From Octopus sinensis (taxonomy: Eukaryota), in contig NC_043006.1 of assembly GCF_006345805.1 (NCBI RefSeq), positions 82,646,001-82,710,000 of the forward strand: 64,000 nucleotides of DNA, in the 5' to 3' direction. Both the position numbers and the translations under genes were made by a program. Positions within the stretch are counted from its first letter, which is position 1. Each line of letters begins with the position of its first letter. The notes under the pieces are model-generated. The model was not told the origin of the DNA and made no database searches. It was given only the letters and a program-made list of their open reading frames with translations. This document shows, piece after piece, positions 1 through 13,549 of this stretch.

Positions 1-87
1 GTTTTATGGAAATCTTGCTGGTGGTCATTAAGGAGAAAGAAAGTGAGGGAGAGAGAGAAAGCTAAAATAATATCTTTCATCTTTTAC

Positions 88-482
88 TTTTTTCAGTCAT
101 TTGATGGCAGCCATGCTGTGGTACCGCTTTGAAGGGTTTTGGCCGAACAAATCGGCCCCAGGACTTATTTTATTCTATCGACCTCTTTTGCCGAATTGCT
201 AAGTTTCAGGAACGTAAACATACCAACATCAGTTATTAAGCGATGTGTGTGTGTGTGTGTGTGTGTGTTTGAACAACACAGACACAAAGGCGTGCACACA
301 AATAGATATATACGTATGCATATATACGACGGGCTTCTTTCAGTTTCCGTCAATCAAATCCACGTATAAGGCTTTGGTCGACCCGAGATTATGGTAGAAG
401 ACAACATGCCCAAGATGCCACACGGTGGGACTGAATACGAAACTATGTATTTGGGAAGGAAACTTCTTATTACACAGCTACT
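88..482 (-). mobile_element. OR-like tRNA-derived SINE
   Basis: Same layout as copies at about 26095-26473 and 31890-32200; tail resembles the LINE 3' end ggcggtgccccagcatggcc. Confidence 0.75.
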
Positions 483-1297
483 TACTTTTAATGGCTGGCA
501 TCACATATTAGAAATGAATACAATAAGTAATAGCTTGTAGGGTCAGTTGATACAATGAGTTGATAAGCTTCGATCAACTGTGGTTATTCCAAGCAGTTAG
601 TACACAAGCATGAACGACAACTCCGATAAGGTAGAATTATAGTTATTTTGTAACTTAAAGTTATGTCCCTTTACACCCACTAGAAAATTCATATGTTCTC
701 GGGGTCGACTTGACCGTCTTTCCAAGTGAAATGAAATAATACCTGTATAGAAATGAGATCATTTAGTGGGCTGTTTCCATATCCCAAATTATGCCTCTTT
801 TAAATATTACAGCATTTTTTCTTATAAGCAACTTAAATAGAAATGGAATAGTTATAGAAAAATACATGAAGAAAATAAGGACAAATATACGAAGAAAATT
901 AAACAAATCATTTGAAGTTATAATTTTCTAATATACTTAACCTTTTAGATATCATTCGATGGAGAAAAATAGATAAATAAAACTTGGAATCAATCAATAC
1001 ACGTCTTTATTTTAATATCTTACTTTTCAACGTAGTCATCACCTATTAACACACTTTAGTAGAGCCGGAAACCAAAATATTTACAAAAGCAACCGTAAAA
1101 TAATTTTAAATCGCATTAAAAAAAGAAAAAAATGTGAAGTGGAATAATGGAGATATAAATAACTCAAACTTGTTAGCAGTAAGTTAATAAATTATTCCCA
1201 CCTCTCTAATTTATCGGCAAAGATAAGCAGCCCATGCTGTTCGATAATTTATCGTAAACCAGCATTTGAATATTATTAGTAGTGACTTGCACTCGAA

Positions 1298-1387
1298 ATG
1301 ACTGAAAGTAGAAAAAAACTTTACATCCTGATAACAGGAGGCTTTTTGGCATATCTTATAATTTACTGGGCGTATTTCAAATCTTCG
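1298..1387 (+). CDS. Putative exon 1 of METTL24-like gene: short basic N-terminus plus hydrophobic signal anchor
   Basis: ATG at 1298 gives MTESRKKLYILITGGFLAYLIIYWAYFKSS, followed by donor GTACGT (phase 0), which matches the phase-0 acceptor at 19150. Confidence 0.65.
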
Positions 1388-1642
1388 GTACGTAAATTTA
1401 TATAAATAACCATTGTTCTGTCGCTATTTGCGATTTTTTTTCTTTTACTAGACTTACCGTGACATACTATTAACTCTTTATCACATATGTTACGTATGTA
1501 CACACCACACACATACGTACAAACATATGGTAATGTTGTCGATATACGTTACACAACCAATCACCCATAGAAAACGGAGGACACACACAATATAGAAACG
1601 ACATACTGTAATTCCGAAGGTTTTTGGAGTGTGTTTTCTTCT

Positions 1643-1645
<3 letters not shown>

Positions 1646-1722
<77 letters not shown>

Positions 1723-1917
1723 TGAAATATATATGTGTGTGTGTGTATATATATCTGTTTATATATATATATATATAATATATATATATTATATATATAT
1801 ATTATGCATATATTATGTATATATATGTATGTATATTATATATATTATATATGTATATATATATATATGTATATATATATATGTATATATAGTATATATA
1901 TATGTATATATATATAG

Positions 1918-1952
<35 letters not shown>

Positions 1953-2149
1953 TTATATATATATATATTATACATATATATGTATACTTATATATATGTA
2001 TATATATATGTATACATATATATACTTATATATATGTATATATATATGTATACATATATATATGTATATATATATATGTATATATATATATTATATGTAT
2101 ATATATATGTATACATATATATGTATACATATATATACATATATATATA

Positions 2150-2201
<52 letters not shown>

Positions 2202-2288
2202 CATATACATATTATATACATACATATACATATATATATAACATACATATATATATATATATACATACATATACATATATATATACAT

Positions 2289-2335
<47 letters not shown>

Positions 2336-2550
2336 CATATATATATATAATGGCGGTGCCCCGGCATGACCACCGCTCGTGAGCTGAAACTAGATAAAAT
2401 AAAATAAAAACATAAAATAAAAATATATATACATATATATATATAATATATATATATTATATATATATATATATAATATATATATTATATATCCATACGT
2501 ATATATATACATACGTACACACACACACACACACACACACATATATTATA
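1646..2550. repeat. Long degenerate (TA)n microsatellite with an embedded LINE 3'-end stub (about 2348-2420)
   Basis: Direct inspection; stub aatggcggtgccccggcatgacc...gctgaaactag matches 61660-61705. Confidence 0.9.
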
Positions 2551-2994
2551 TATAAAACTAGTTTTAAGTCTCTGACTGAAACCTATGTAGTACAATACTG
2601 AATAGTAAAGTATTAGCTAATATAACGTGGCAGTCCTTAATAGAGCTATGTTATTACTTTTTAACGCAAGGGAAACGTCTTTTCTAGCTGGTTTATAAGA
2701 GATTTAAAACTCATTTTTTTTCGCCTTACGAGATCAGCGTTGACAGTTGCTTCGATAAGTATATATATTGTGAATAAGGTTGGCTGGGTACTGTCTCTAG
2801 CCAGGCGGTTGTCCAGAACAAGAAGGGAAATTACCCAGAAACCATTGATCTACTGGTACCACCAACTGCTAGAAGGCAGTAGTAGGCCCCCTTATTTGCA
2901 ATATATCTCGGACATAAATCACGTGTCGATAAACGAAGTAACATTGTCCTATTCAGGACTGCCACGTTATGTTGGCTAATATATATAATATTAT

Positions 2995-3028
<34 letters not shown>

Positions 3029-3189
3029 ACATTTCTTTGCTCTTAATGAAAATTTAGATAAGTTAATTATCATATATAACACGTATGCATATGATACATA
3101 TATTATGCAAAAACACATTAAAATCCAAATCCCAAACCAAAGAAAACACAAACATAAGTGAAGACAGAAAAAAAAGAGAAAGAAAAGAA

Positions 3190-3640
3190 TAAAAAGAAAG
3201 AAGAAGGGATCACTTCAACACTAAGAGCTACAATTGGTACCTCACTACAATATTCAATGGAACCCTACTGATGCAAGCCAACATGCTCGCGGCATTATTG
3301 GGGCGATTCAGATGTAACAACCAAACACCCTCATAGGCATCACTCGACACCTTGGTAAGGCGAGCTGCCAACGCTGACGAGAACTTTACTGTTAGCGGTC
3401 CAGCCCCTCCAAACGCCTCAAGCACCACAGACCAGAAGAAATGGTTCACTGACAAGTCTCGATACGTAAGGATTTTATTCGGTTCAGCTACGAAAGTTGT
3501 GACGTTCCCATTTATTACAGCATCCAGGATGTAGAGGGGGCAAAGGATTCACAGACTGTGTTGTCCTAGATGAAGCACCTATTTCTTAACCAGGGACAAA
3601 AGGGTAGACCATCTGGTCTCTTCTAATCACTTCTGGATAA
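3190..3640 (-). mobile_element. Decayed non-LTR retrotransposon 3' fragment with restriction-like endonuclease (CRE/HERO-like)
   Basis: Minus-strand YRDLSVNHFFWSVVLEAFGGAGP...ALAARL...NAASML resembles the RLE C-terminal block (KY...F.PVAVET.G..G...RGNAA). Confidence 0.6.
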
Positions 3641-4362
3641 TACCTATCTCTTTACTACCCACAAGGGGCTAAACACAGAGAGGACAAACAAGGACAGACA
3701 AACGGATTAAGTCGATTATATCGACCCCAGTGCGTAACTGGTACTTTATTTATCGACCCCGAAAGGATGAAAGGCAAAGTCGACCTCGGCGGAATTTGAA
3801 CTCAGAACGTAGCGGCGAACGAAATACCACAAAGCATTTCGCCCGGCGTGCTAACGTTTCTGCCAGCTCCAGAACTGAGGAGATATTAACCCGAGCCAGG
3901 ACCCGCTTAATGATTAGGTTTAGCTCGGTATGACGAGTGAAACTACAAGCATTTATGTAGCAAGAAAACCACGAAGGCTAGTCTTTATAAAATATACTAC
4001 AAAACAGTAATTAAAGTAATTTTAATTAGCTTTAGTAAATCGTTGATCTGAAAATACTATTGGCTCTGAAAGTACTATTTACACTCTTCGTGTTCTAAGG
4101 TATGCTGTTTCATACAACAGAGTAAATTATATTTCTTTACTGCCCACAAGGGGCTAAATATAGAGGGGACAAACATGGACAGACAAAGGGATTAAGTCGA
4201 TTACATCGACCCCAGCGGGAAGCTGGTACTTTATTTATCGACCCCGAAAGGATGAACGGTAAAGTCGACCTCGGCGGAATTTGAACTCAGAACGTAACGA
4301 CAGACGAAATACGGCTAGGCATTTCGCCCGGCGTGTTAACGTTTCTGCCAGCTCGCCGCCTT
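3640..4362 (-). mobile_element. Two OK-like (Nin-domain) tRNA-derived SINE copies (about 3640-3869 and 4130-4362)
   Basis: Head ggcggcgagctggcagaaacgttagcacgccgggcg, central cctttcatcctttcggggtcgataaa...gtaccag and shared tail; repeated many times in the window. Confidence 0.85.
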
Positions 4363-4819
4363 TACAACAGATTAAATTATTCTGTTATTCAACCTTTGTG
4401 ATCACTGTTGTAGTAAAAAAAAAAAAAAATTAAAACTGGTTGAATGTAACATGTTTTTATGTGATTTACTCTGCCCCAGATGGCGTTGTCAAAAGTACAC
4501 GTCAGCAACTTTATCCACGCGCATAGATATTTATGTTTATTACAGAACAACACATGCGCACACGTGCACTTGTATTCTAGGAGGGATCAACTGCTTTCAA
4601 GCTCAGTTCCCCTGTGTGGTACTTTGACAAAGCCTCGAACCAAGTGAAGCTTTATGAGTGAATTTATTTAACAGAAATATTCGCTCGTTCGTTCATTCAT
4701 GACTTTGTACATACATACATACCTACATACATACATACATTCATACATACATACATACATACATACATACATACATACATACATACATACATACATACAT
4801 ACATACATACATACATACA

Positions 4820-5375
4820 TGGTGGCTGCCCCCTCGTTATCGAGTATGGCCATTGCACGAAGCTTAATCAATGTTGTTATCATGCAATGCCTGTGCAAGA
4901 AGATTTTTTTTAAAGTGAGGAAAGGCTGTGCACTGAGTCAATCCCACTCACTAAGCAACAGCAGCCATAATCCGAAAAGAAGAACAAGTTAACATCATCG
5001 GTAACCACTGAGCCGCAGGTTTTATGTCGGAGTTATCCCAGTTTCCTGAGTTACCTTCTCCTAGAAGGATGCCCTAACAAAGGCTAGGAGTCCTTCAGTC
5101 CCAATGGTTTAACCGCGCGATCGGGTATTCAGTTCGATTAATTCTATGTCCTCGCGCATGATACAGCCATAAGACATTTATTGGATGGCCGTTGACTCTC
5201 AAGAGTTCCTCCGCCCTTTGACGGGTTTTGTTTTTCATCCCGCAGGGTGTCCAATAAACACCCTCCTCACCAAGCAAGCTTGGTGGTGTTGCCGGTTTAG
5301 TCACCAACGACCCGACCATGCAACTGGTTGTACTGGGTTACATGTCACCAGTAGCACTCGAAAGTGACCTGATAT
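4820..5375 (-). mobile_element. Non-autonomous RTE-derived element ending in (ATGT)n
   Basis: 3' terminal about 45 nt (ttaagcttcgtgcaatggccatactcgataacgagggg(g)cagcca) essentially identical to the 3' end of the RTE LINE at 13507-13550. Confidence 0.75.
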
Positions 5376-5642
5376 ACTCATACATACATACATACATACA
5401 TACATACATACATACATACATACGTGTGTATATGTGTGTGTATATATATATATTCACACACACACATATACACACGCACACATTTCTTTTCTTTATCCTT
5501 TTTTTTTCATTCTCCCATTTAATCCTTTCTGTCACTTTCTTCCGGACATTTCATAATATTAAACCGTTAATCTCTATTCATTTTTTCTCTCTCCGTTTGT
5601 TTTCTCATTCTCTCCCCCCCCTCTCTCTCTTACCTCATAATC

Positions 5643-5678
5643 CTTTCTGTCAAAGAGCATAGGCTCGAAACGTAAAAG
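5643..5678 (+). ncRNA. Ultra-minimal hammerhead-like motif with variant core
   Basis: cttt-CUGUCAAA-gagc atag gctc-GAAA-cGUA-aaag; no real stem III; parallels 43411-43445. Confidence 0.45.
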
Positions 5679-5768
5679 TCTTTTCCATTCTTCACGAGCG
5701 TTAAATTAATACACATTCTTGTTTGTTGTTCCTGCACCTGTCTTTGTCTTTTGTTTTCGGTAGATTTG

Positions 5769-5841
<73 letters not shown>

Positions 5842-6391
5842 ATATATATATATATATATATATATATACCATATATATATCCATATATATATATAAATAC
5901 CATATTATATATATATATGTAAATACCATATGTATATATATATATATACCACCACATATATATAGGTAGTGGGTAGCGATTTTCTTCACTACTTCAGGGA
6001 GTAACGACCCTGCCTGACACAAGTCCCGGGCTCAGCTGGCTCCGGCTGACAGTACCCGGTATAGGACCCTATCCAGGGTTATGGAAAGGAGACGACCTTC
6101 AAAGAAATCCGGAGTGGAGCCCCGTAGGTGGTTTAGTGTTCGGCTTGAAACTCTTCCGGCAGCTCCTGCAACCAAGCTGGTGCCAAACGTAATGCTCTGC
6201 ACTCCTTTGGACTACGTCAGCAAGGTCGAGAGAGGAATCTTGACGATTGGGCTACCCAGGATTTTCTTACATCTAGTCCAGGCCTGCGCAAGACTGGAGA
6301 GGACATGAAATGTAAAAACCAGACTGGATTAGTTTATGCGTAACTCCATTGTTTCCCGAGACAAAAGGATGCCAACAACATATATATATGT

Positions 6392-8020
6392 TTTGTAGTT
6401 TCAGCTCAGAGCTCTGGACATTCTGATGCACACTGCTACACTCTTATTACTGAGAGCCTCCTCCAATATGTGGCACTTGGTGAAGAATAGAGTTTGATGT
6501 AGCTACCCTCATTTGCACCTCTTGCCGTGAGGTCGGTTCATCTGGGAGTCTCGACATGAAGAGGTCCAGCCTTGATTTAAAAACGCCTACATCTACCTTG
6601 TGCAGGGTCCCCAGGCTCTTTGGGAGAATATAAAAAAGCTGTAGGGCTTCTGTGCAGTAACTGGTCCTGAGGCGCGATGACATTGCTGAGATCTTTGGCA
6701 CTATGCAGTATCGACCAATTCTGGCATTGGTGTAGCTTTCAATGCCAAAATTTGGCGCAATTCCTTCCAGGATCTTCCAGATGTATATTACTGCACACCT
6801 CTTCCGTCTTCGCTCCAGGGAGTAGAGTCTTAGCTGTTTCAACCTTTCCCAGTATCTGAGCTGTTGGAAAGAGACGATCTTCTTTGTGAATCTTCTCTTG
6901 ATTGCTTCAAGGTCAGCTGTTAATCTCACACTGGTGGGTGACCATAGCTGTGAGCAGTAATCCAGGCGGCTGAGGACGAATGTCCGCCAGAGGACCATCA
7001 TGGTTTTCTTATCTTTGGTTCTGAATGTTCTTAGGATCCATCCAGCCAGTCGTCTGCATTTTGTCGCCATCCTAGTAATGTGCACTTGGAAAGAGGTATC
7101 ATCATTCATGTTGATGCCCAGATCCCTCACTGATTTAGGCACTGGGATTGTAAACTCATGTGGACCAGTGTACTCTGGGATTTTACTATTCAGTTTTGGA
7201 TGCTGGTAGCGCAGGGCTTGGAATTTTTCAGCTTTATACTGCATATCATTATCCTCAGCCCATCTGTAAATTGAGTCCAACTCTTGCAGATGTGCAATAT
7301 CGCTGGGGTTCTGCATTTTCTGCGAGACTTTCGTATCGTCTGCGTAGCTAGCAAGGGTGGCTATCCGGGTAGTTGAGGGCATATCTGAGAGGGCCACTAT
7401 GAAAAGCAGTGGTCCCAAGACAGTGCCCTGTTGAACACCGCTCACTATTTGTGTTTTCATTGAAGTGGCTCCATTGCCCACTACTGCCTGACTTCTATTT
7501 TTTACGAAGTCATGTATCCACTCTCCAAGTTTTCCAGCTATGCCAAGGTCACGCAGTTGGTGGCATATCATACCATGATCCACTTTGTCAAAAGCTTTTG
7601 CAAAATCAACGTATATTACGTTCACATTTGAGTCGTTGAGTAACTGCCTCAGCACCTAGTCATAATGTTGTAAGAGCTGGGTTAGGCAGCTCCTACCTGG
7701 TCGAAGTTATTTTCTTCAAGGAATGCGATTAGTTTCCCTCTGACTATCCGTTCCATGACTTTGCTGATGTGTGAAGTCAGAGAGATAGGCCTATAGTTTT
7801 TGGCATCTGCTCTGCTTCCCTCTTTATGGATTGGGCATATTATTCCCTCCTTCAGCTTGCTTGGCAATCTGCCATTTGCATAAAAGCCTTGGAAGAGAAT
7901 CTGGAGGGGTTCTACCAGGGCACACTTACCTGATTTGAGGAGGATTGCTGGGAAACCATCAGACCCAGTAGTTGAGTTTGCGTCCACCTCATCTATGGCT
8001 AGTAGTATATCTTCATTGTT
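6392..8020 (-). mobile_element. 5'-truncated CR1/L2-group LINE, reverse transcriptase pseudogene
   Basis: ORFs 7682-7987 and 6447-7655: NYRPISLTS, YVDFAKAFDKVDH, SGVQQGTVLGP, YADDT; close relative of 59700-61730. Confidence 0.93.
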
Positions 8021-8480
8021 TCATTGTTACTACTTACGTAATACTTACGTAAATGTCCGCAATTCATCAGTGTGATCGTCATAACAAAATATAATTTACA
8101 GAACTGTACACGAGACGTCCGCATAAGATTGAACATGCATATAGTTCTACCGATTACATTTAGGATTATATTTCAAAAGTCTTCGTTTTGGTGCGTCAAA
8201 ATACTGGAAATAATTCTGCAGAAGATAATTCTCTGCAGTGAATTTTGCCGGTTAGAGAACATGGTTATTTAAATTTAAAATTAAATAATAAGGGTGATAA
8301 ACTGAATATTAAGTTGATTAATATCAATCTAAAACCAGTGACCTAGCATATTGAAAAATCTGAAGATTCAGAAAAATTGCTGAATTTTCTTGAGAACAAT
8401 TTTTTCTTAGTGGTCAGAATATATGGGGTTTACATCTAGCATAATAGATGTCCACTTAGTGGACATCTATTATGTCCTCT

Positions 8481-8512
<32 letters not shown>

Positions 8513-8647
8513 TGTATGTATGTATGTATGTATGTATGTATGTATGTATGTATGGTATATATATATATATACACACCATATATATACATATATACCATAT
8601 ATATATATATATATATACATATATACATATATTCATATATATATATG

Positions 8648-8699
<52 letters not shown>

Positions 8700-8703
<4 letters not shown>

Positions 8704-9512
8704 CGGAGAAGTGGATACTCTGAAACTCCCATAACCTTCCTTCAGGTGAAACTCTCATGATATCCAGCAACATCAGACTTGGGAGTAATTCTGGACAATA
8801 ACATAAGCTGTGCTGCTCATATACACAACAACATTGACATGTCCCACAAAATGTGTTCCTGGTTTCTCAGAACTTTCCAGTCGAGAGATATCCACAAAAT
8901 TATCCTTTTTTTCTTCACTTTTACCCGATCCCACCTTGAATACTGTTGCCCACAGTCGTCTCCCCACACGAAACAATGTATCATGAAAGTTGAAACACCT
9001 CAAAGATAATTACAAAACATATAGCTGGCATGACAGGCCTTGACTATTGGTGTCGACTGGAAAAGCTCAAGTTTTATTCTCTCCAACGCTACCGTGAGCG
9101 CTACATCATCTGCATGATGTGGAAAATATTCCATTAGCATTGCCCAAATGATGTTGGCATCATCTTTAAGATACACCGAACACTTAGGCCCGTGCTATCC
9201 GCCCACCACATACATCACTCTGGCATCTCATAGCAACAATACGGCACCATTACTTCACCTCTACTGGCTCTGTTCTCTTTAACAATACACCAAAACACAT
9301 CAACGCAGAAACAGACCCCGTAAATTTCAAGAAGTCATTGGACAAGTTCCTTCAAGAAATCCTCCTACACCCGGATATGTCTCCGTAAGCAATAACTCTC
9401 AACTAGAGTGGGCCATGTCTGATTCCTGATTTAAATGACTTCACCAGGTGGTGTTATTAAGTTAGACTTGGCCTGGGCCAATACTGGCCGAAACCTATCA
9501 AAGTATCAAAGT
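8700..9512 (+). mobile_element. CR1/L2-group LINE 3' fragment
   Basis: DLGVILDNNIS...RSHLEYCCP...; related to the opposite-strand copy at 38680-39845. Confidence 0.85.
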
Positions 9513-9626
9513 AATGTATATATATATATATATATATAAAAGTAAATAAATGGTACAACGAAGTACCGATATTTACTGGAAAATAGCGATCGTAATAAAT
9601 ACGACGCTATTGTATAGCTTCACTGC

Positions 9627-9665
<39 letters not shown>

Positions 9666-10183
9666 TGTACCTCGGAAAAACTAATTTATGCCATTACCTG
9701 CTTAGGGTGCGGTAATCACCCTAAGCAGTGATTTAACAACATCGACACTCTGCACGCACGATGGTAACATGCTCAAGTAACAAAACATTATATAAAAAAA
9801 TGCACGTATGATACATAGCTTGGGAGCAGCGCTACGGATATGTCAACACAAATAAGCTCAAGATATGACTACCCTCACGCACTTCTCATGAGGAATTTCG
9901 GAAGGAACTTCGTGAGACCACTACAGGAACGCTTCCGACAGACTTAGAAAACCGGCTATAACAGTAATTCCATTACTTCCTAGCAATATCTGAAGAAGGA
10001 ACTTTTATATTCCGAAATATTATATTAGATTATGAATAATTAAACTATTTATAACAGTTATCATAGTACACTCAGCATTGTTGTGGCATTCTAGATATGT
10101 TACATTTCACAGACAATACACAATGCTTCCAGCGTACTACAATACCCTCTTACATACACACACACACACACACACAACACACA

Positions 10184-10235
<52 letters not shown>

Positions 10236-10274
10236 ACACACGTATACACACTCAAGACATATATGTAAAAATAA

Positions 10275-10505
10275 GGCGGCGAGCTGGCAGAAACGTTAGC
10301 ACGCCGGGCGAAATGCCTAGCCGTATTTCGTTTGTCGATACGTTTCGAGTTCAAATTCCGCCGAGGTCGACTTTGCCTTTCATCCTTTCGGGGTCGACTA
10401 ATTAAGTACCAGTTACGCACTGGGGTCGATGTAATCGACTTAATCCCTTTGTCTGTCATTGTTTGTCCCCTCTGTGTTTAGCTCCTTGTGGGTAGTAAAG
10501 AAATA
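10275..10505 (+). mobile_element. OK-like SINE, full length
   Basis: tRNA-like head, Nin-type core, tail ...tgtcccctctgtgtttagctccttgtgggtagtaaagaaata. Confidence 0.88.
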
Positions 10506-10777
10506 TATATGTAAAAATAGAGTGTGAGCTAAATAACAGAAGAGTAACGAGTAAGATGTAAAGGTATATGGCTTAGTGGTCAGAGCGTTGGATTCTAAAC
10601 ACTAAAATGAAATGTTCCCAAACAATTGACATAATATAAAAGCAATAATAAAATAACTCTGAAGAGAAGAGCGAATATATAGCACAAATGTGAGCACAAA
10701 CAAACATACAAAAATAACCCAGCTTCGATAACGGACAGAGTCAACGACTATTGAAAAGGTTGCAAGAAGCAACGAAC

Positions 10778-10874
10778 ATTATAGGAAAAATAAATAAGTA
10801 AATGAGTGGAAATCGAACTGGTGAGTGTGTTAATTAATAAGGCATTAAAACAGAATGGCTCTCCCCAGACACAA

Positions 10875-10930
<56 letters not shown>

Positions 10931-11026
10931 TTGTGTCTGGGAGAGCCATTCTGTTTTAATGCCTTATTAATTAACACACTCACCAGTTCGATTTCCACTC
11001 ATTTACTTATTTATTTTTCCTATAAT
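10778..11026. repeat. Near-perfect palindrome of about 250 bp centred on (AT)n
   Basis: 10778-10877 is the reverse complement of 10928-11026, and the spacer is self-complementary (AT)n. Confidence 0.92.
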
Positions 11027-11247
11027 TTAATTTTCCTATAATATATATATATATATATATGAATAAATAAATGGAGTTTAACGCAGGTGTAATCAAATAT
11101 TTTTACTTTCGACACATGTTTCGAAACTTCCACTGATACTATTCAAAAGAATAAATGGTATAAACAATGCAATCTTCTCCTGAGGAGAAGATTGCAAATA
11201 TTTATTTTTTCCGTGTTAATTGTTAACAAGGTAAAAATACACTCATT

Positions 11248-11297
<50 letters not shown>

Positions 11298-11614
11298 CAT
11301 TGTGTCTGGGAGAGCCATTCTGTTTTAATGCCTTATTAATTAACACACTCACCAGTTCGATTTCCACTCATTTACTTATTTATTTTTCCTATAATTTAAT
11401 TTTCCTATAATATATATATATATATATATATGAATAAATAAATGGAGTTTAACGCAGGTGTAATCAAATATTTTTACTTTCGACACATGTTTCGAAACTT
11501 CCACTGATACTATTCAAAAGAATAAATGGTATAAACAATGCAATCTTCTCCTGAGGAGAAGATTGCAAATATTATTTTTTCCGTGTTAATTGTTAACAAG
11601 GTAAAAATACACTC

Positions 11615-11617
<3 letters not shown>
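10928..11617. repeat. Tandem duplication with period about 369 bp
   Basis: 10928-11248 repeated nearly identically at 11297-11617. Confidence 0.92.
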
Positions 11618-11662
<45 letters not shown>

Positions 11663-11665
11663 TAT

Positions 11666-13549
11666 ATGGGCTAGTGAATCTGTACCTGAGGACTGGAGAG
11701 ATGCAGTAATGGTGGTCCTGTATAAGAGAAAGGGCAACAGGAATGATTGTGGTAATTATAGGGGAGTATCATTGCTGTCTGCTGTAGGAAAGGTTTTATG
11801 CAGGATACTTCTGGATCATCTGCTGAAATACATTGCAGATTGTGTTCTTCCAGAAAGTCAATCTGGATTTCGTGTGGGACGTGGCACTGCTGATATGATC
11901 TTTTCAGCTAGACAGCTTCAGGAAAAGTGTGTGAAACAGGGTCTGGATTTGTATCAGGTTTTTGTCGATCTGACAAAAGCCTTTGATACCATCAATAGAA
12001 AAGCATTGTGGAAAGTCCTCCAGAAACTTGGGTGTCCTGAAAAGTTCCTTGCTTTGGTTCGGTCTTTTCATGAAGGCATGTTAGGGGGAAAATGTCGGAG
12101 CCCATTTCAATACAAAATGGAGTGAAACAGAGGGATATTCTGGCACCGACCCTATTTTCCATATATTTCGCGAAGGTGTTCTGTATTGCATTCAGAAACT
12201 GCAGATACGGTGTTTACGTTCATTATCGAACTTCTGGCAGCATATTTAATATCAGGCGCCTTGCTGCAAAAACAAAGGTATTTACCTCTATCATAAGAGA
12301 CCTTTTGTATGCAGATGATTGTGAGCTAGTAGCACACACAGAGATTGATATGCAACACATTTTGAATGCATTCTCTGATGCTTGCACTGTCTTAGGATTG
12401 ACAGTCAATCTCAAGAAAACTGTTGTCATGCATCAACCTGACCCTGGTAAGCAGTATAGTGTACCAAATATCTATGTGTATGGTAAACGACTTGATGTAG
12501 TTGATCAGTTTGTCTACCTGGGAAGCACTATTAATAGATATGGCAATTTGGATAATGAAATTCCATATAGAATTAGGAAAGCAAGTGTTGCTTTCGGAAG
12601 GCTAGAAAAGCGCCTCTGAAGTCGGCGAGACATATGCAGAAAGACAAAGATAAAGGTGTACAAGGCATGTGTGCTCCCTTCTCTTCTCTATGCTTGCGAG
12701 ACGTGGGTCACATATCGATACCACCTTAAACAACATGAACGTTTCCATCAGATGTGCCTCAGATGGATCTATGGCATTAAGTGGAAGGACCGCATCAGTG
12801 ATCTTGAAATATCGGAAGGCTCTCGGTGTGAAAGTATAGAAGCTCTTGTGTTAAAGCAAACGCTCAGATGGAGTGGTCATCTGGTCAGGATGAAGGATTC
12901 AAGGATGCCAAAACAATTCTTTTATGGAGAGTTAGCTAAAGGAGAACGAACTCCACATAAACCAAAAAAGAGGTATAAGGACTTGCTGAAGGCTTCCTTA
13001 AGAGATGCTTGCATCTCTCCTGACACATGGGAAGGCATAGCTATTGATCGTAGCAGGTGGAGAAGGATTGTGCATGAGGGGACAACCACTTTGAGAAATC
13101 TCGAGTTGCACATGAGAAAGTAAGGAGGGATGTCAGGAAGGGCATCGCTGTTACACTTCCAGAAGGGAAGTGTCTTCCTTTCATGCTGACATGCAATGTC
13201 TGTGCAAGACCCTGCCTCAGTAAAGCTGGACTCAAGAGTCATCTTCGTAGTCATAAAACGAGACAGATGAGTGACAACCTGGCCACTGGTGGTGGTGTAA
13301 CACACCATACTAATCATATCTGCCAGGCATGTGGAAGAGAGTGTAATTCGGCAGGAGGAATTAAACGACATGCAAAGGTACATGAAGTCCAGTTACAACT
13401 ACAGTCGGCTATTACCAGTAAAGGTTTTAGTTGCCAATTTTGTACAAGACATTGTAGATCTTTGGCTGGGCTAATAAGTCACATTCGATCACAGCACCAG
13501 TAACAGTTAAGCTTCGTGCAATGGCCATACTCGATAACGAGGGGCAGCC

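Noticed and set aside
1718-2338. Long Ile/Tyr-rich ORFs here and at many other TA, CA and TACA tracts
   Set aside because: Translations of stop-free microsatellites, not genes
5964-6070. Possible HDV-like or twister ribozyme at the 5' end of a short repeat
   Set aside because: A P1-like helix with G.U exists, but the spacing is too short for P2/P3, the P1.1 GG is missing and the twister GAG pseudoknot partner is absent
9985-10030. CUGAAGA...GAAA hammerhead-like motif
   Set aside because: Stem III and the cleavage triplet cannot be formed convincingly; at best a decayed relic (similarly 46325-46370 and 46878-46920)
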